Below are positions 48,236 to 59,729 of a stretch of 64,000 nucleotides of DNA, piece by piece. The notes below the pieces were generated by a model. The model did no database searches. It saw nothing but the letters and a program-made list of their open reading frames with translations, and was not told the origin of the DNA. This stretch comes from Chiloscyllium plagiosum (Eukaryota): contig NC_057719.1 of assembly GCF_004010195.1 (NCBI RefSeq), positions 73,025,446 to 73,089,445 of the forward strand, written 5' to 3'. The position numbers and the translations under genes were made by a program. How positions within the stretch are numbered: the first letter of the stretch is position 1; each line of letters opens with the position of its first letter.

Positions 48236-49962
48236 GTAAGTAAGATTAAGCAGAATCCCAAGGTGTTTTTTGCAGATATAAGGAACAAGAAGGTAGCTAG
48301 GGAAAGGGCAAGTCCACTGAAGGACAAAGAAGGGAAATTATGTGGGAGCCTGAGGAAGTGGGTGGGTTCCTCATGAGTACTTTGCATCAGTATTCACTAA
48401 GGAGAAGGACGTGGATGATGGCAAGATTAGGGAGGAGGATGTTAATATTTGAGGGCATATGGATATTAAAAAGATGTTGGGTGTCTCAGAAAATATTTAG
48501 GTACACAAGTCCCCAGGATCTAATAAGATCTATCCCAGGATACTGAGCGAGTGAAGTGAGGAAATAGCCGTGGCCTTGACAGTGATCTTTGTATCATCTT
48601 CAGCCACAGGCTGCAGGAGACTGGAGAGTAGCCAATGTTGTTCTTTCATTTAAGTAGGGCAACGGGGATAATCCAGGAAATTATAGGTGGATGAGTCTCA
48701 CGTCAGTGGTAGGGAAATTATTGGAGAAGATTCTTAAGGACAGGACTTGCTGACATTTGGCAAAGAACAGACTTATTAGGGATCCCTTATTAGGGATAGT
48801 CAGCACAGCTTTATGCAGGGGAGGTCTTCTCACAAATTTGATTGAGTTTTTTCAGAAATTGATGAAGATGATTGATGAGCATTTTGTCCACATGAACTTT
48901 ACTAAGGCATTTGACAATGTCTCTTATGGTTGGCTGGTCTGGAAGGTCAAGTCAAACGGGATCCACAATGAATTGGTAAACTGGATACAAAGTTGGCTTG
49001 GTCATAGAAAACAGAGGGTAGTTGTGGAGGGGTGTTTTTATAATTGAAGGTCAGTGAACAATGGTGTTCTAGGAGAAAGTGAGGACTGCAGATGCTGGTG
49101 ATCAGAGTCGAGAGTGTGGTGCTGGAAAAGCACAGCAGGTCAGGCAGCATCCGAGGAGCAAGGGAAGCGACATTGGGCATAAGCCCTTTACCAGGAATGA
49201 GGCTTGTGGGGCTGAGAGATAAATGGGAGGGGCAATGGGGTAGGGTGGAAGGTAGCTGGGAATGTGATAGGTAGATGAAGGTCGGAGTGAAAGTGATAGG
49301 AGGGTGGAGCGGATAGTTGGGAAGGAAGATGGACAGGTCAAGAGGGCAGTGTTGAGTTGGAGGATTGGCACTGGGGTAAGGTGGTGGGAGGGAAAAATGA
49401 GGAAACTGGTGAAATCCACATTGATCCTGTGTGGTTAGAGGGTGCCAAGGCCGAAGATGAGGCGTTCTTCCTCCAGGCATCAGGTGGTTAGGGTCCTCCA
49501 ATTGCCAAACCCTAACCACCACACTCTTGACACCAATGGTGTTCTGCAAGGATCATTGCTGGGACTACCGTTGCTTGTAAATGATTCCGAAGAAAATGTA
49601 GGTGGTGTGATTAGTAAGTTTGCAGATGACATGAAAATTGGTGGAGTTGTGAATAGTGAGAAAGGTTATCAAGGACTACAGCAGGATGTAGATTATTTGG
49701 AATACTGAGCAGAGGAATGGCAGATGGAGTTTTATCTGGACAAGTATGAGGTGATGCATTTTGGGGAGTCATGAACAAGAGGAAAATACACAGTAAACCA
49801 AAGCATTCTTCAGACCATTAATATACAGAAAGATTTTGGGATGCAAGACCATAGCTTCCTTAAAGTGGCAACACAAGCGGATAAGGTGGTAAAGAAAGCA
49901 TTCAGCATGCTTGCTTAGGGCACTGAATGTAAAACTTGACAAGTCATATTGCAACTGTATAA
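48236..49962 (+). mobile_element. CR1 ORF2 remnant (linker and RT) hosting a PLE insertion
   Basis: KIKQNPKVF, LTNLIEFF..MNFTKAFDNV, NGVLQGSLLG, KFADDMKIGG. Confidence 0.88.
49071..49533 (-). mobile_element. PLE 3' end (GIY-YIG tail, UTR, family A pseudo-LTR) with 12-bp TSD
   Basis: Homologous to 11500-11900 (LEEERLIFGLGTL); TSD caatggtgttct at 49059-49070 and 49534-49545. Confidence 0.9.
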
Positions 49963-50072
49963 GGAGCAAATTACTGCAGATACTGGAACCTGTACTGAAA
50001 ACGACATCAGCTCGAGATCACAGCGGGTCAGACAGCACCCATGGTGAGACAGCAAGCTAACATTTCAAGTCT
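49963..50072 (-). mobile_element. PLE pseudo-LTR-like fragment (family C variant)
   Basis: aaattactgcagatactggaa..gggtcagacagca..ctaacatttc. Confidence 0.55.
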
Positions 50073-50194
50073 TTAAATCCAACAGCCTTTGTTTACATTC
50101 CCATTAACAAAAAAGATAGACGAACAAAGAAAATAACAAAACTGGCCAGATTACAAGTGGCTTTCACAATGTAATTGTTTCACAGACATAGTAC

Positions 50195-51065
50195 TTTTTC
50201 ATTCATTCCCAACTTGAAGGCATCACTGGCTCGGACAGCATTTATTGCCCATTCCAAATTGCCCAAAGGGCAGTTAAGAGTCAACCATATTCCTGAGGGT
50301 CTGGAGTCACATGTAGGCCAGACAAAGAACAAAGAAAATTTACAGCCCAGGAACAGGCCTGTCGGCCCCCCCTCCAAGCCTGAGCCGATCCAAATCCACT
50401 GTCTAAACCTGTCACCCAATTCCTAAGCATCTGTATCCCTCTGCTCCCCACCTACTCATGCATCTGTCCAGACGCATTTTAAATAAATATAACATGTCTG
50501 CCTATACTATCTCTGCTGGCAACACATTCCAGACACCCACCACACTCTTGTGTAAAGTACTTGCCGCGTGTACCCCCCTTAAACTTTTCACCTCTCACCT
50601 TGAAAGTGTGACCTCTCATTATTGAATCCTTCACCTTGGGAAAAAGCTTATCTCTATCTACCCTGTCTATACCCTTCATGATTTTGTAGACCTCAATCAG
50701 GTCCCCCAATATCCTTTTTTCTAATGAAAGCAATTCTAACCTACTCAACCTCTCTTCATAGCTAGCACCTTCTATACCAGGCAACATCCTCGTAAGCCTT
50801 CTCTGCACCCTCTCCAAAGCATCCCCACCCTTTTGTCAGGTACATCCTTGTAAGACCAGTTAAGAATGGCAGTATCCCTCCCTGAAGGACATTAGTGAAC
50901 CAGGTGGATTTTGGCAACAATTGGCAATTGATTCTTGGTTATCATTAGACTCTTAATTGTAGTTTTTTTTTATTGAATTCAATGTCCACATCTGTCGTGG
51001 CAGATTGAAGATTAGCTAGGTCTCTGGATAAACATCAAGTGACAATAAGTGGCCATTGCCTCCCC
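50195..51065 (-). mobile_element. CR1-tailed tRNA SINE split by a CR1 insertion
   Basis: gggcagttaagagtcaacc..ggtctggagtcacatgtaggccagac | agaccag..gacattagtgaacca. Confidence 0.7.
50323..50835 (-). mobile_element. CR1 3' fragment, subfamily with (TTCTTTGT)n tail
   Basis: ORF 50479-50817: ERVQRRLTRMLPG..GDLIEVYKIMKG; acaaagaacaaagaa tail. Confidence 0.9.
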
Positions 51066-51199
51066 TAAAACAATGGTTTCTGAAGATGATCATCAGGGTC
51101 ATATTTGTCATTTACTCAGATAAAGGCAGTAATATACTTGTAACTAGAAAGTTTTCTACTTTCTGAACTTCAAAGAGTTGATAAGGTATATTAGGCAGC

Positions 51200-51530
51200 G
51201 AATTTTCAAATCTTCACATTGCAGCACGAACAGCCAGGTTCCTTCTCATAATAAACACAGTCCAAAGACCAATTTAAACCCTGACGACTCTCTGACAGAC
51301 TAACCGTCTCCTCAGCCTCGGTTACCATTACGTATTTTTCATCTGTGAGAGCATAAGTTATTTTCCAGGCATGTTGGAACCAATTCCCAAGTAATGCTCG
51401 TCCTTGTGCTTCTGCAAAACCTTTTTGATCGGGAACCCATTTGTAATTAACTTCCAGACCTGTCCTCATGAGTAAAGAAATGCTTGTTTGATCTGTTTTC
51501 CTTTAAACTCGAGCCGTTACACACAGCCCA
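51200..51530 (-). promoter_or_regulatory. CpG-retaining promoter-like patch with a candidate first-exon donor at 51305
   Basis: About 10 CpG in ~330 bp of unique DNA against a CpG-poor background; RFX-like half-site GTTACCAT (51321-51328); minus-strand donor ACG|gttagt. Confidence 0.35.
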
Positions 51531-51675
51531 AAAATCATTTTTAGTTCCCAGTCCCCAGTTCAAGATCTTAATGAAAATTGATAAAGTATGAAAACAAAAA
51601 AGGATGAAAAATCAGTGACAGATTGAATAAATGATAGAGATAAACTATTTCCACTGGTTGGGTATCCTAGAACTA

Positions 51676-51808
51676 TGATGTGGAGGTGCCATTGTTGCAA
51701 TGGGTTGACAAAGTTAAAAATCGCAAAGTTAAAAAAACTTGTACTTCCAAATAAACCTGTTGGACTACAACCTGGTGTTGTGTGATTTTTAGGTTTGTCC
51801 ACTCCATT
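51676..51808. mobile_element. PLE pseudo-LTR family B, inverted arrangement, with TSD
   Basis: gatgtggaggtgcc..caaagttaaaaatc and cttccaaataaacctgttggact..gtgtgattttt; TSD ctagaacta (51667-51675, 51809-51817). Confidence 0.75.
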
Positions 51809-51919
51809 CTAGAACTAGACAGCATAGTTTACAAATTAGAGCCAGACCATACAGGAGAGATGTCAGGAAGCAATTCTGTACATCAAAGGGTGATGGAGGT
51901 TTAGCACTGCTAGTGACAA

Positions 51920-54094
51920 ACTCCAACCAAGATGCCGGCACCAGCAAGGGAGGTAGCATTTGGGCTCCTGAGCCCATCCACTCCAACTTGGCTGCATCCT
52001 TCTTTCTCTTTGATTTTTGTCTTCTTTCTTTTTCTTTTTCCTTATCATCTTATTCTCAGTGGCAGAGGAGGTGACAGTGCAGAGGAGGCTGGAATGGGAC
52101 TCATGGCGAAGATGGCAGCTGCAGCATTGTTCATGGTTACAGTAGGCCCAGATCAGGACTCTTCGTGATGTTGGTGAAGAGTCGGCTGCAGCTTTGGCTG
52201 TATGGTGGGCCTGGATCGGGACTCCTCGTGATGTTGGTGAGGAGCCTGCTGCAGCTTTGGCTGTATGGTGGGCCAGGATCGAGACTCCTCATGATGTTGG
52301 TGAGGAGCCGGCTGCAGCTTTGGCTGTATGGTGGGTCTGGATCGGGCCTCCTCATGTTGTTGGTTAGATGGTGGCTGCAGCTTTGGCTGTATGATGGGCC
52401 CGGATCGGGACTCCTCATGATGTTCGTGAGGAGCTGCCTGCAGCTTTGGCTGTATGGTGGGCCTGGATCGGGACTCCTCATGATGTTGGTGAGATGTTTG
52501 CTGCAGCTTTGGCTTTATGATGGGCCCGGATCGGGACTCCTCGTGATGTTGGTTAGATGGTGGCTGCAGCTTTGGCTGTATGGTGGGCCTGGATCGGGAC
52601 TCCTTGTGATGATGGTTAGATGGTGGCTGCAGCTTTGGCTGTATGGTGGGCCTGGATCGGGACTCCTTGTGATGTTAGTTAGATGGTGGCTGCAGCTTTG
52701 GCCGAATGGTGGGCCCGGATTGGGACTCCTTGTGATGTTGGCGAGATGTTGGCTGTAGCTTTGGCTGTATGGTGGGCCCGGATGGGGACTCCTCGTGATG
52801 TTGGTGAGGAGCTGGCTGCAGCTTTGGCTGTATGGTGGGCCCGGATCGGGACTCCTTGTGATGATGGTTAGATGGTGGCTGCAGCTTTGGCTATATAGTG
52901 GGCCAGGATCGGGACTTCTCGTGGTGATGGTGAGGAGCTGGCTGCAGCTTTGGCTGTATGATGGGCCCGGATCGGGACTCCTCGTGATGTTGGTTAGATG
53001 GTGGCTGCAGTTTTGGCTGTATGGTGGGCCTGGATCGGGACTCCTTGTGATGATGGTTAGATGTGGCTGTATGGTGGGCCTGGATCGGGACTCCTTGTGA
53101 TGATGGTTAGATGGTGGCTGCAGCTTTGACTGTATGGTGGGCCTGGTTTGGGACTCCTCGTGATGTTGGTGAGGAGCTGGCTACAGCTTTGGCTGTATGG
53201 TGGGCCAGGATCGGGACTCCTCATGATGTTGGTGAGGCGGTGGCTGCAGCATTGCAGTATGGTGGGTCCGGATCGGGACACCTCGTGATGATGGTTAGAT
53301 GGTGGCTGCAGCTTTGGCTGTATGGTGGGCCAGGATTGGGACTCCTCGTGATGTTGGCGAGATGTTGGCTATAGCTTTGGCTGTATGGTGGGCCCGGATG
53401 GGGACTCCTCGTGATGTTGGTGAGGAGCTGGCTGCAGCTTTGGCTGTATGGTGGGCCAGGATGGGGACTCCTCATGATGATGGTTAGATGGTGGCTGCAG
53501 CTTTGGCTGTATGGTGGGCCAGGATTGGGACTTCTCGTGATGATGGTGAGGCAGTGGCTGCAGCTTTGGCCGAATGGTGGGCCTGGATCGGGACTCCTCG
53601 TGATGTTGGTGAGATGGTGACTGCAGCTTTGGCTATATGGTGGGCCAGGATCGGGACTTCCCGTGGTGATGGTGAGGAGCTGGCTGCAGCTTTGGCTATA
53701 TGGTGGGCCTGGATCGGGACTCCTCGTGATGTTGGTGAGATGGTGGCTGCAGCTTTGGCTATATGGTGGGCCCGGATTGGGACTCCTCGTGATGTGGTGA
53801 AATGGTGGCTTCAGAGCCGGGGACTCTTTGGATTTTGGCTGGACTCAGAACAGGAACTCTTTGCAGCCCGGACACCTTACAGAAACCCTTGAAACCTTAA
53901 GAAAACCCGACGCCATTCTTGAGAACACTGTAAAGATGGCCATTATTCCTTATTTTTCTGCTTTTATATATATTTCTGCCAATTGAACTGAAGATGAAGC
54001 TCTCAACTAATTTCTTTTTGGTGTTGGATTGTGGCAACAAAACACTTTTCATTGTATTTTCCAAATATATGTGACAAATATTCATTCATTCATT
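51920..54094 (+). mobile_element. Non-autonomous retroposon with a Rex1-type 3' tail containing a minisatellite
   Basis: 5' CCAAGATGCCGGC; 3' cttttcattgta..gtgacaaatattcattcattcatt resembles the tail at 45901-45945; no RT ORF. Confidence 0.55.
52144..53810 (+). repeat. 63-bp minisatellite, about 27 units
   Basis: Unit GGGCCTGGATCGGGACTCCTCGTGATGTTGGTGAGGAGCTGGCTGCAGCTTTGGCTGTATGGT; starts every 63 bp from 52144 to 53026, then one 50-bp and one 62-bp unit, last partial unit at 53768. Confidence 0.98.
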
Positions 54095-55589
54095 TAAACT
54101 GCAGTTGATGCTAGATCAGTTGCTAGCTTCAAAGGTATTAAGGGATGTGAGCCAAAGGCAGGTATATGCAATTCAGCTAAAGATCAGCCACGAAAGAAAT
54201 AGAAAATTTACACACATTGTGCACTCTCCGTGGCAATGCATCTCCCAATCAAAGTCCACTTGCCAACCAATCAGCACTCTCTTCTCAAATAGTAGAAGTG
54301 TTGGTTTCCATTTATATTGGTATTCTTCTAAATTACCCCGATGAGTGCAAAATGAAAAGCTTTGACAAAATGTTTCTTTTTTCAGCAGTCCTCAAATTAC
54401 TACACTGGAGACAACAGTTCTCCTGTAATGGGAGGTTGTTGATTTATATGGAACCAGTGAAACTTTTAAACTCTACTCTTCTGAACAGAGCCATTGTGCA
54501 CAATGTTGGCTTTCTAACTATTGATATTCCTGTCAGTTAAGAAGCTAGAGCAGAATTTGCAGAATTGATTTATTTAAATATTCCATTGTAACCAAATAAC
54601 ATTATAAGCCCTCTTGTGGCAATTCTTCACCCTTTTCCTCATGGTGTGGCTGACTTCACATTGGAGTACAGATCCGTGAGAGTTGTTTGCACAGTGGCTT
54701 CTCCCCCCATGTGGTAAAGTAACTTGGGAAGTGAGTGCTGATAAACTATTTCCATTCTGGGGTTGGGCCCAATTCTAACCTCATTAACTGCACATTTGAG
54801 CACTTTCAGAAAGGATCAGTTGCAAGTACAAAAGAAAACTGGCCAATCCTTCCCTCTCGAAACAAAGAGAAGTAACACATCACTTACTGGAAGTGGAAAC
54901 TTGAACTGTTGAGGACTGCATGCCTCAGCAATTTGCAGGACTAAGCTAATGAGCCATCACAGAAGCCTCTGGTAGAGCTGAAATATTGAAATAAAATTGA
55001 AAATGCAAAGAGAATATTATTTTATGGTCCAAGATCTTTTGCTTACATTTCCTCAAAAGATCAGTGACCGGCAACAGCTAAACAGGAGGAGATTTGGATG
55101 CACATCCACTCAACACTAGCTGCAGCAGGACCAGTGATAAAATCAAATATAATGCAAAGAAAATTAACACTAGATTCATGGTCCTTTGTAAACAAAGTCA
55201 AGAAACTTTATGTCTTTGATGAGGCATACATTTTTTAGGTTGCAAACCAAACTTTGTTGACTGGGAGCTGCTTATATAATTGTTGGTGCATTTATTTACC
55301 ACTTCAGGACAGCTCCAGGCATATTAACTATCAAGTTCAACAAGAATTAAAATTGGCATAATAGGCTTTGTAAAAGCTAACCACAGGCTCAAATGTTGCT
55401 CACATTCTCGCCTGAAAACGCAAAGGACTCCATTAATTGATATTCCCACCCAATCCTATTGCAAATAATGCAGAAATTCTATTTCTCTTTAGCAAAAGGT
55501 AATGCAGGTATGCATGTCTCAAAGAGATTTCCAATCAGCTCTTCAAAAATTCCAGACCTATAAATTGTTCATGTGATAATTGAGTAAAA

Positions 55590-56130
55590 TAAGAATTTGC
55601 ATTTATACTGGAGTCTTTAACACATCGAAAAAAATGATACATTCCTTCATTAAAGCCTTATCAGAATAAAATGGCATCAAGCAACAAAACAAGATACATC
55701 AAGACACATAACAAGGTGAGCAAAAGCTTGGTGAAGAAGATTGTTTTTTTAAGGAGTGACCGAAAGGAGCTTGAAAGATAGTTAGGTAAAGAACTTAAGT
55801 GAAGTCATTCTATATCTCAGGATCTAGACAGCGAGTCACAAATTACAATACAGAAGAAACAAATTACAATACAGAAGTGCAAAATTAGCCAGAGGAACCC
55901 AGACATTGGGCTGGAGGACATTAAAAGATTGTGGGAGGATTAGCCAGAGGAACACAGACATTGGGCTGGAGGACATGAAAGATTGTGGGAGGAGAGGGCA
56001 AGGCTATAAAGGGACTTGAAATCAATGATGAGTGTTTCAAAACTGAGACATTGCTAATCTGGGAGCCAACGTAATTCAGAAAGCAGATGATGGGTGAATA
56101 GTATTTGGTGCAAGTTAGGATGCATTACTA
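55590..56130 (-). mobile_element. Old L2 3' part with two small internal tandem duplications
   Basis: aagaatttgcatttata tail; aagcttggtgaagaag; duplications 55841-55856/55862-55877 and 55884-55938/55939-55992. Confidence 0.6.
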
Positions 56131-56313
56131 TGACAGCTTGACCTTACAAGATGGTTATGTTTTAAACTTTAATTCAAGGTCATTTGGACAAGTCTCTACA
56201 GGGAAATGTAATCTTGAAGAAACATGGAGATCAGCCCAAGTGAACTCACATGGAATCTGCCATGAGGCAAGCCTATAAGACCCCATTGCCATCAATCAAA
56301 ATTTATTGAAATT

Positions 56314-56625
56314 AAGGTACAAGTTTTAATTTTTATTGAATCTATTTTTCCTGATTAACCTGTTCAGAGATGTTATTGCATACCTCTGGTGCAAGTGGGG
56401 ACTTGAACCCAGGCCCCCTGTCCAGGGATAGGGACATTATTGTTGTGCCACAGGAGGGCCCTCAAGGTACACGTTTTAATTTTTTTGCAAATTTTTATTT
56501 AACCATTTTTTTCTAGTCAACCTGTTTACAGATGTTATTACACACCTCAGGAGAAGGTGGGACTTGCACCTGGACCCTTTCATTATCACTGCACCAAAAG
56601 AAGGCACTCAAGGTACAAATTTTAA
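56314..56625 (-). mobile_element. Two tandem short tRNA-derived SINEs between three copies of a 16-bp target
   Basis: B-boxes GGGTTCAAGTCCC and AGGTGCAAGTCCC; AAGGTACA..TTTTAA at 56314, 56464 and 56610. Confidence 0.75.
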
Positions 56626-56745
56626 CACCTGAACTCAAAAGAGAAAGTAGCTGTTCTTGGCTGCATTTGGACCTACAGACTCCCAGAGACAGCTAGAAAG
56701 AAGAGACACCACAGGGAGAAGGGGGAAAAGCACCTCTTTTGGATT

Positions 56746-57855
56746 GATAGAGTCATACAGCATGGAAACAAGAGCCTTCGGTCCAACTCATCCATGCCGA
56801 CTAAGTTTACTGAACTAAAGTAATCCCATTGCCTGTATTTTGCCCATATCCCTCTCAACTTTCCTTATTCGCATACCTGCCTTTTAAATATTGTAACTGT
56901 ACCTACATCTACCACTTCCTCTGGCAGTTTAAACCACATATGAACTATCAGATCCCTTCTAAATCTTTCTCCTCTCACATTACAAATATGCCCCCTAGTT
57001 TTGAACTCCTCCATCAAAGGGAAAAGATCTTTGCTCTTCACTTTATCTATGCCTGTTGTGATTTTATAAACCTTTTAAGGTCATCCCTCAACCTCCCATG
57101 TTCCAGTGAAGAAAAGTCCCAGTCTATCCAGCATCTCTTTATAACTCAAACTCTCCAGTCCAGGCAACATCCTGATAAACATCTTCTGAACCCTCTCCAA
57201 CTTATTAATATCCTTCTTACAGCAGGGTGACCAGATATCTGCATAAGAATGGCCTCTCCAGTGTCATGTAAACCTCAACATGACGTCCCAACTCCTATAC
57301 TCAATGGTCTGATAATGAAGGCAAGCCTGATAAATACCTTCTTAACTACCCTGTCTCCTGTGATGCAACCTGATGTACCTGAACCCCTCGGTCTCTCTGT
57401 TTGACAACACCACCCAGGGCCCTACCATTAACTGAATAAGTCCTGCCCTTTTTTTCGCTTTACCAAAATGCAATACCTCACGTTTATCCAAATTAAACTT
57501 CATCTGTCACTCCTCAGCCAGTTAGCCCAATTGATCAAAATCCCTTTGTAATCTTGGATAACCTTCTTCATTATTGACTCTCCCACCAGTTTTGGGGTCA
57601 TCCATAAACTTACTAAGTATGCCTCCTAAATTCTTATCCAAATTGTTTATATAAATGACAAACAAAAGTGGACCCAACACCAAGCCCTGCAGAACATCAC
57701 TGGTCACAGACCTCCAGTCTGGAATTCAACCCTCCACCACCACCCTCTGTCTCCCAGCATCAAGCCAATCTTGCATCCATTGACAAGGTCGCCCTGAATA
57801 CCATGTGATATAACTTTACTAACCAGTCTACCATCTAAATTGTGTCAAAGGCTTG
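56746..57855 (-). mobile_element. CR1 3' ~1.1 kb
   Basis: ORF 57522-57707: [20 protein letters not shown]; atagagtcatac tail. Confidence 0.92.
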
Positions 57856-58539
57856 ATGTCAAAGCTGGTGAGAACAAATCGCCTGAGCAGAGAAATTTAA
57901 TTTGTGGATAATTGCCAGAGACCAGAGTTGCTAGTGGGCACCTTATTACGGAGGCCCTTTTTAAATATAAGCACCTACACTACCGCCAAACAGCTGTGGT
58001 GTTTAATTATTCCCCAGCACCCTTGGGTCATGTGTGTGCAGGTGAAGAATGAGTGCAGAAATCTTCATTACTACAGAGGCCAAATTCAGTGTGCTCAGAA
58101 GATTGAATGAAAAGGACCATGTTTAAAAGGATACTGGAAGATTGTGGTGGTAAAGGGAGAAGAGGTGCTGGAACTTAGGGACTTTAATCAGAAGCTATAT
58201 TTTGATGGGCCAGTTAAGTGTAATGTATCAGTGTAGCATGAGGATTTTATTTGTATTAAGGGGTTAATAGACAGTATGTTTTCTATTTTTTAGTGTATTA
58301 GTTGCCTCCTAAGTAATGCTGTCATTGTTGAGTTTAGTTTGTTGCAGTAAAGGACCTAAAACATAAAACATTGTTTGTGAACTTGTATCACTGAAAATTC
58401 ATATCTATTAATAATTATCAGTCGGCAAGGATGGTAGCACTGGGCAGCAGCATTTTGGATGAATTCACATTTATCAAGAGTGAAAAGAGGGAAGAACTTC
58501 AAAATAATCAAGATCAGAAGTTTAAATAGATAGAAATGA

Positions 58540-58950
58540 GATTTTAACAGCAACAAAGGGCTGATACAGAATGGAGATAAGTGATTTAATTAACTGGTTT
58601 TGGTGATAATGAGGATATGGGTCCAAAGCTCAGCTGAGTTGAGAATGGTCTGATTTAGTCTCAGATAGTGATCAATGAAGGAAATGAAATAAATGGCTGG
58701 GGATAGATGTTGTGATATTAACCAGGGACAATGGCTTCAACTTTCCCAACTTTTAACTGGAGTACTCGAAAAGCAGTGTGACAAGTCAGATTCAGTGGAG
58801 GGTCTTAGAAAGATAGTGCTGACATTGAGCTGGGTTTTAACAGTGTGCAGGCAGAATCTGGACTTATATTTTTGAATGGTGTCACCAAGAAGCATCATTT
58901 GGGTGTGAAAAAAAAGCAGAAAATGAAAGATCTATCCTTGGTAGACTCCA
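58540..58950 (-). mobile_element. Old L2 RT fragment
   Basis: Reverse complement of gagctgggtttta..agcat and gatctatccttgg (YADDTQL and PQGS-like), aaagcagtgtgacaagtcag. Confidence 0.5.
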
Positions 58951-59616
58951 GGCTTGAATTTACTCTGGTGTCCTTCATACTAAGACAACCAGGCAATGTT
59001 GTTTAGACTTTTTTAAGAATCTGATACTTTGCTGAATCCAAGGAGATTTCTCTTCGCCAGTATATTTATATATGTATAATATGAATATCCAGTTTATATA
59101 CATTATATATGCCAGTATAGAATTGCAACAGTGGCGAAAAATGAGGAATAATATGTTGAAAAAACATAGGCCCAGATCTTTCCTGAAGCATCATCATTGT
59201 TGGATTGTTAATTTGCCTGAACATTTTCTTGTCCCACATTCTCTGCATTTCTTGTTGGGTCTTCTGAATCTGGCTTCTCCAGAAATAAGGAATTCAGCCT
59301 CCATTGATGAGCTATATTGCAGCCTGACAATGCTGAGGGTAGACTGCATATTTGGCACTAGCTGCCATATAGTCAGTTTAAATGTCTTAGTGTATGAATG
59401 AATGAATATGTAGGATGGGTGAGGGAAGTGGCTAACTGGGTAGGATTCGCAAGGCATGTAGTTAGGGTTCTAGGTGGCTGAGGTGGTTCAGTGGTAGGTT
59501 GGTAAGTTGGCAGGATGGCAGATTGTTTTGTGGGAAGGTAGCAGGTGGGCAAACTGGGTGAGGCAGGTGAATGGGGAAGTGGTTCAGAGAGACAGACTGG
59601 CAGTTAGATTGACTGG

Positions 59617-59729
59617 GTAAAAGTGAGGACTGCAGATGCTGGAAACCAGAGTTTAGATCAGAGTGGTGCTGGAAAAGCACAGCAGGTCAGGCAGCATCCG
59701 AGGAGCAGGAAAATCGATGTTTCGAGGTC
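59617..59729 (-). mobile_element. PLE pseudo-LTR fragment, family A, with TSD
   Basis: aaagtgaggactgcagatgctgg..aaaatcgatgtttcg; TSD agattgactgg (59606-59616, 59730-59740). Confidence 0.85.

Noticed and set aside
51206..51469. 87-aa single-exon minus-strand ORF as a protein
   Set aside because: No recognisable homology; better explained as promoter or first-exon sequence.
52144..53810. CRISPR array or repeat-protein gene (ORFs of MLVRWWLQLWLYGGPGSGLLV or RSPDPGPPYSQSC repeats)
   Set aside because: No unique spacers and no cas genes in a vertebrate context. The ORFs arise on both strands because 63 is divisible by 3, and they are broken by a stop and by 13-bp and 1-bp deletions.
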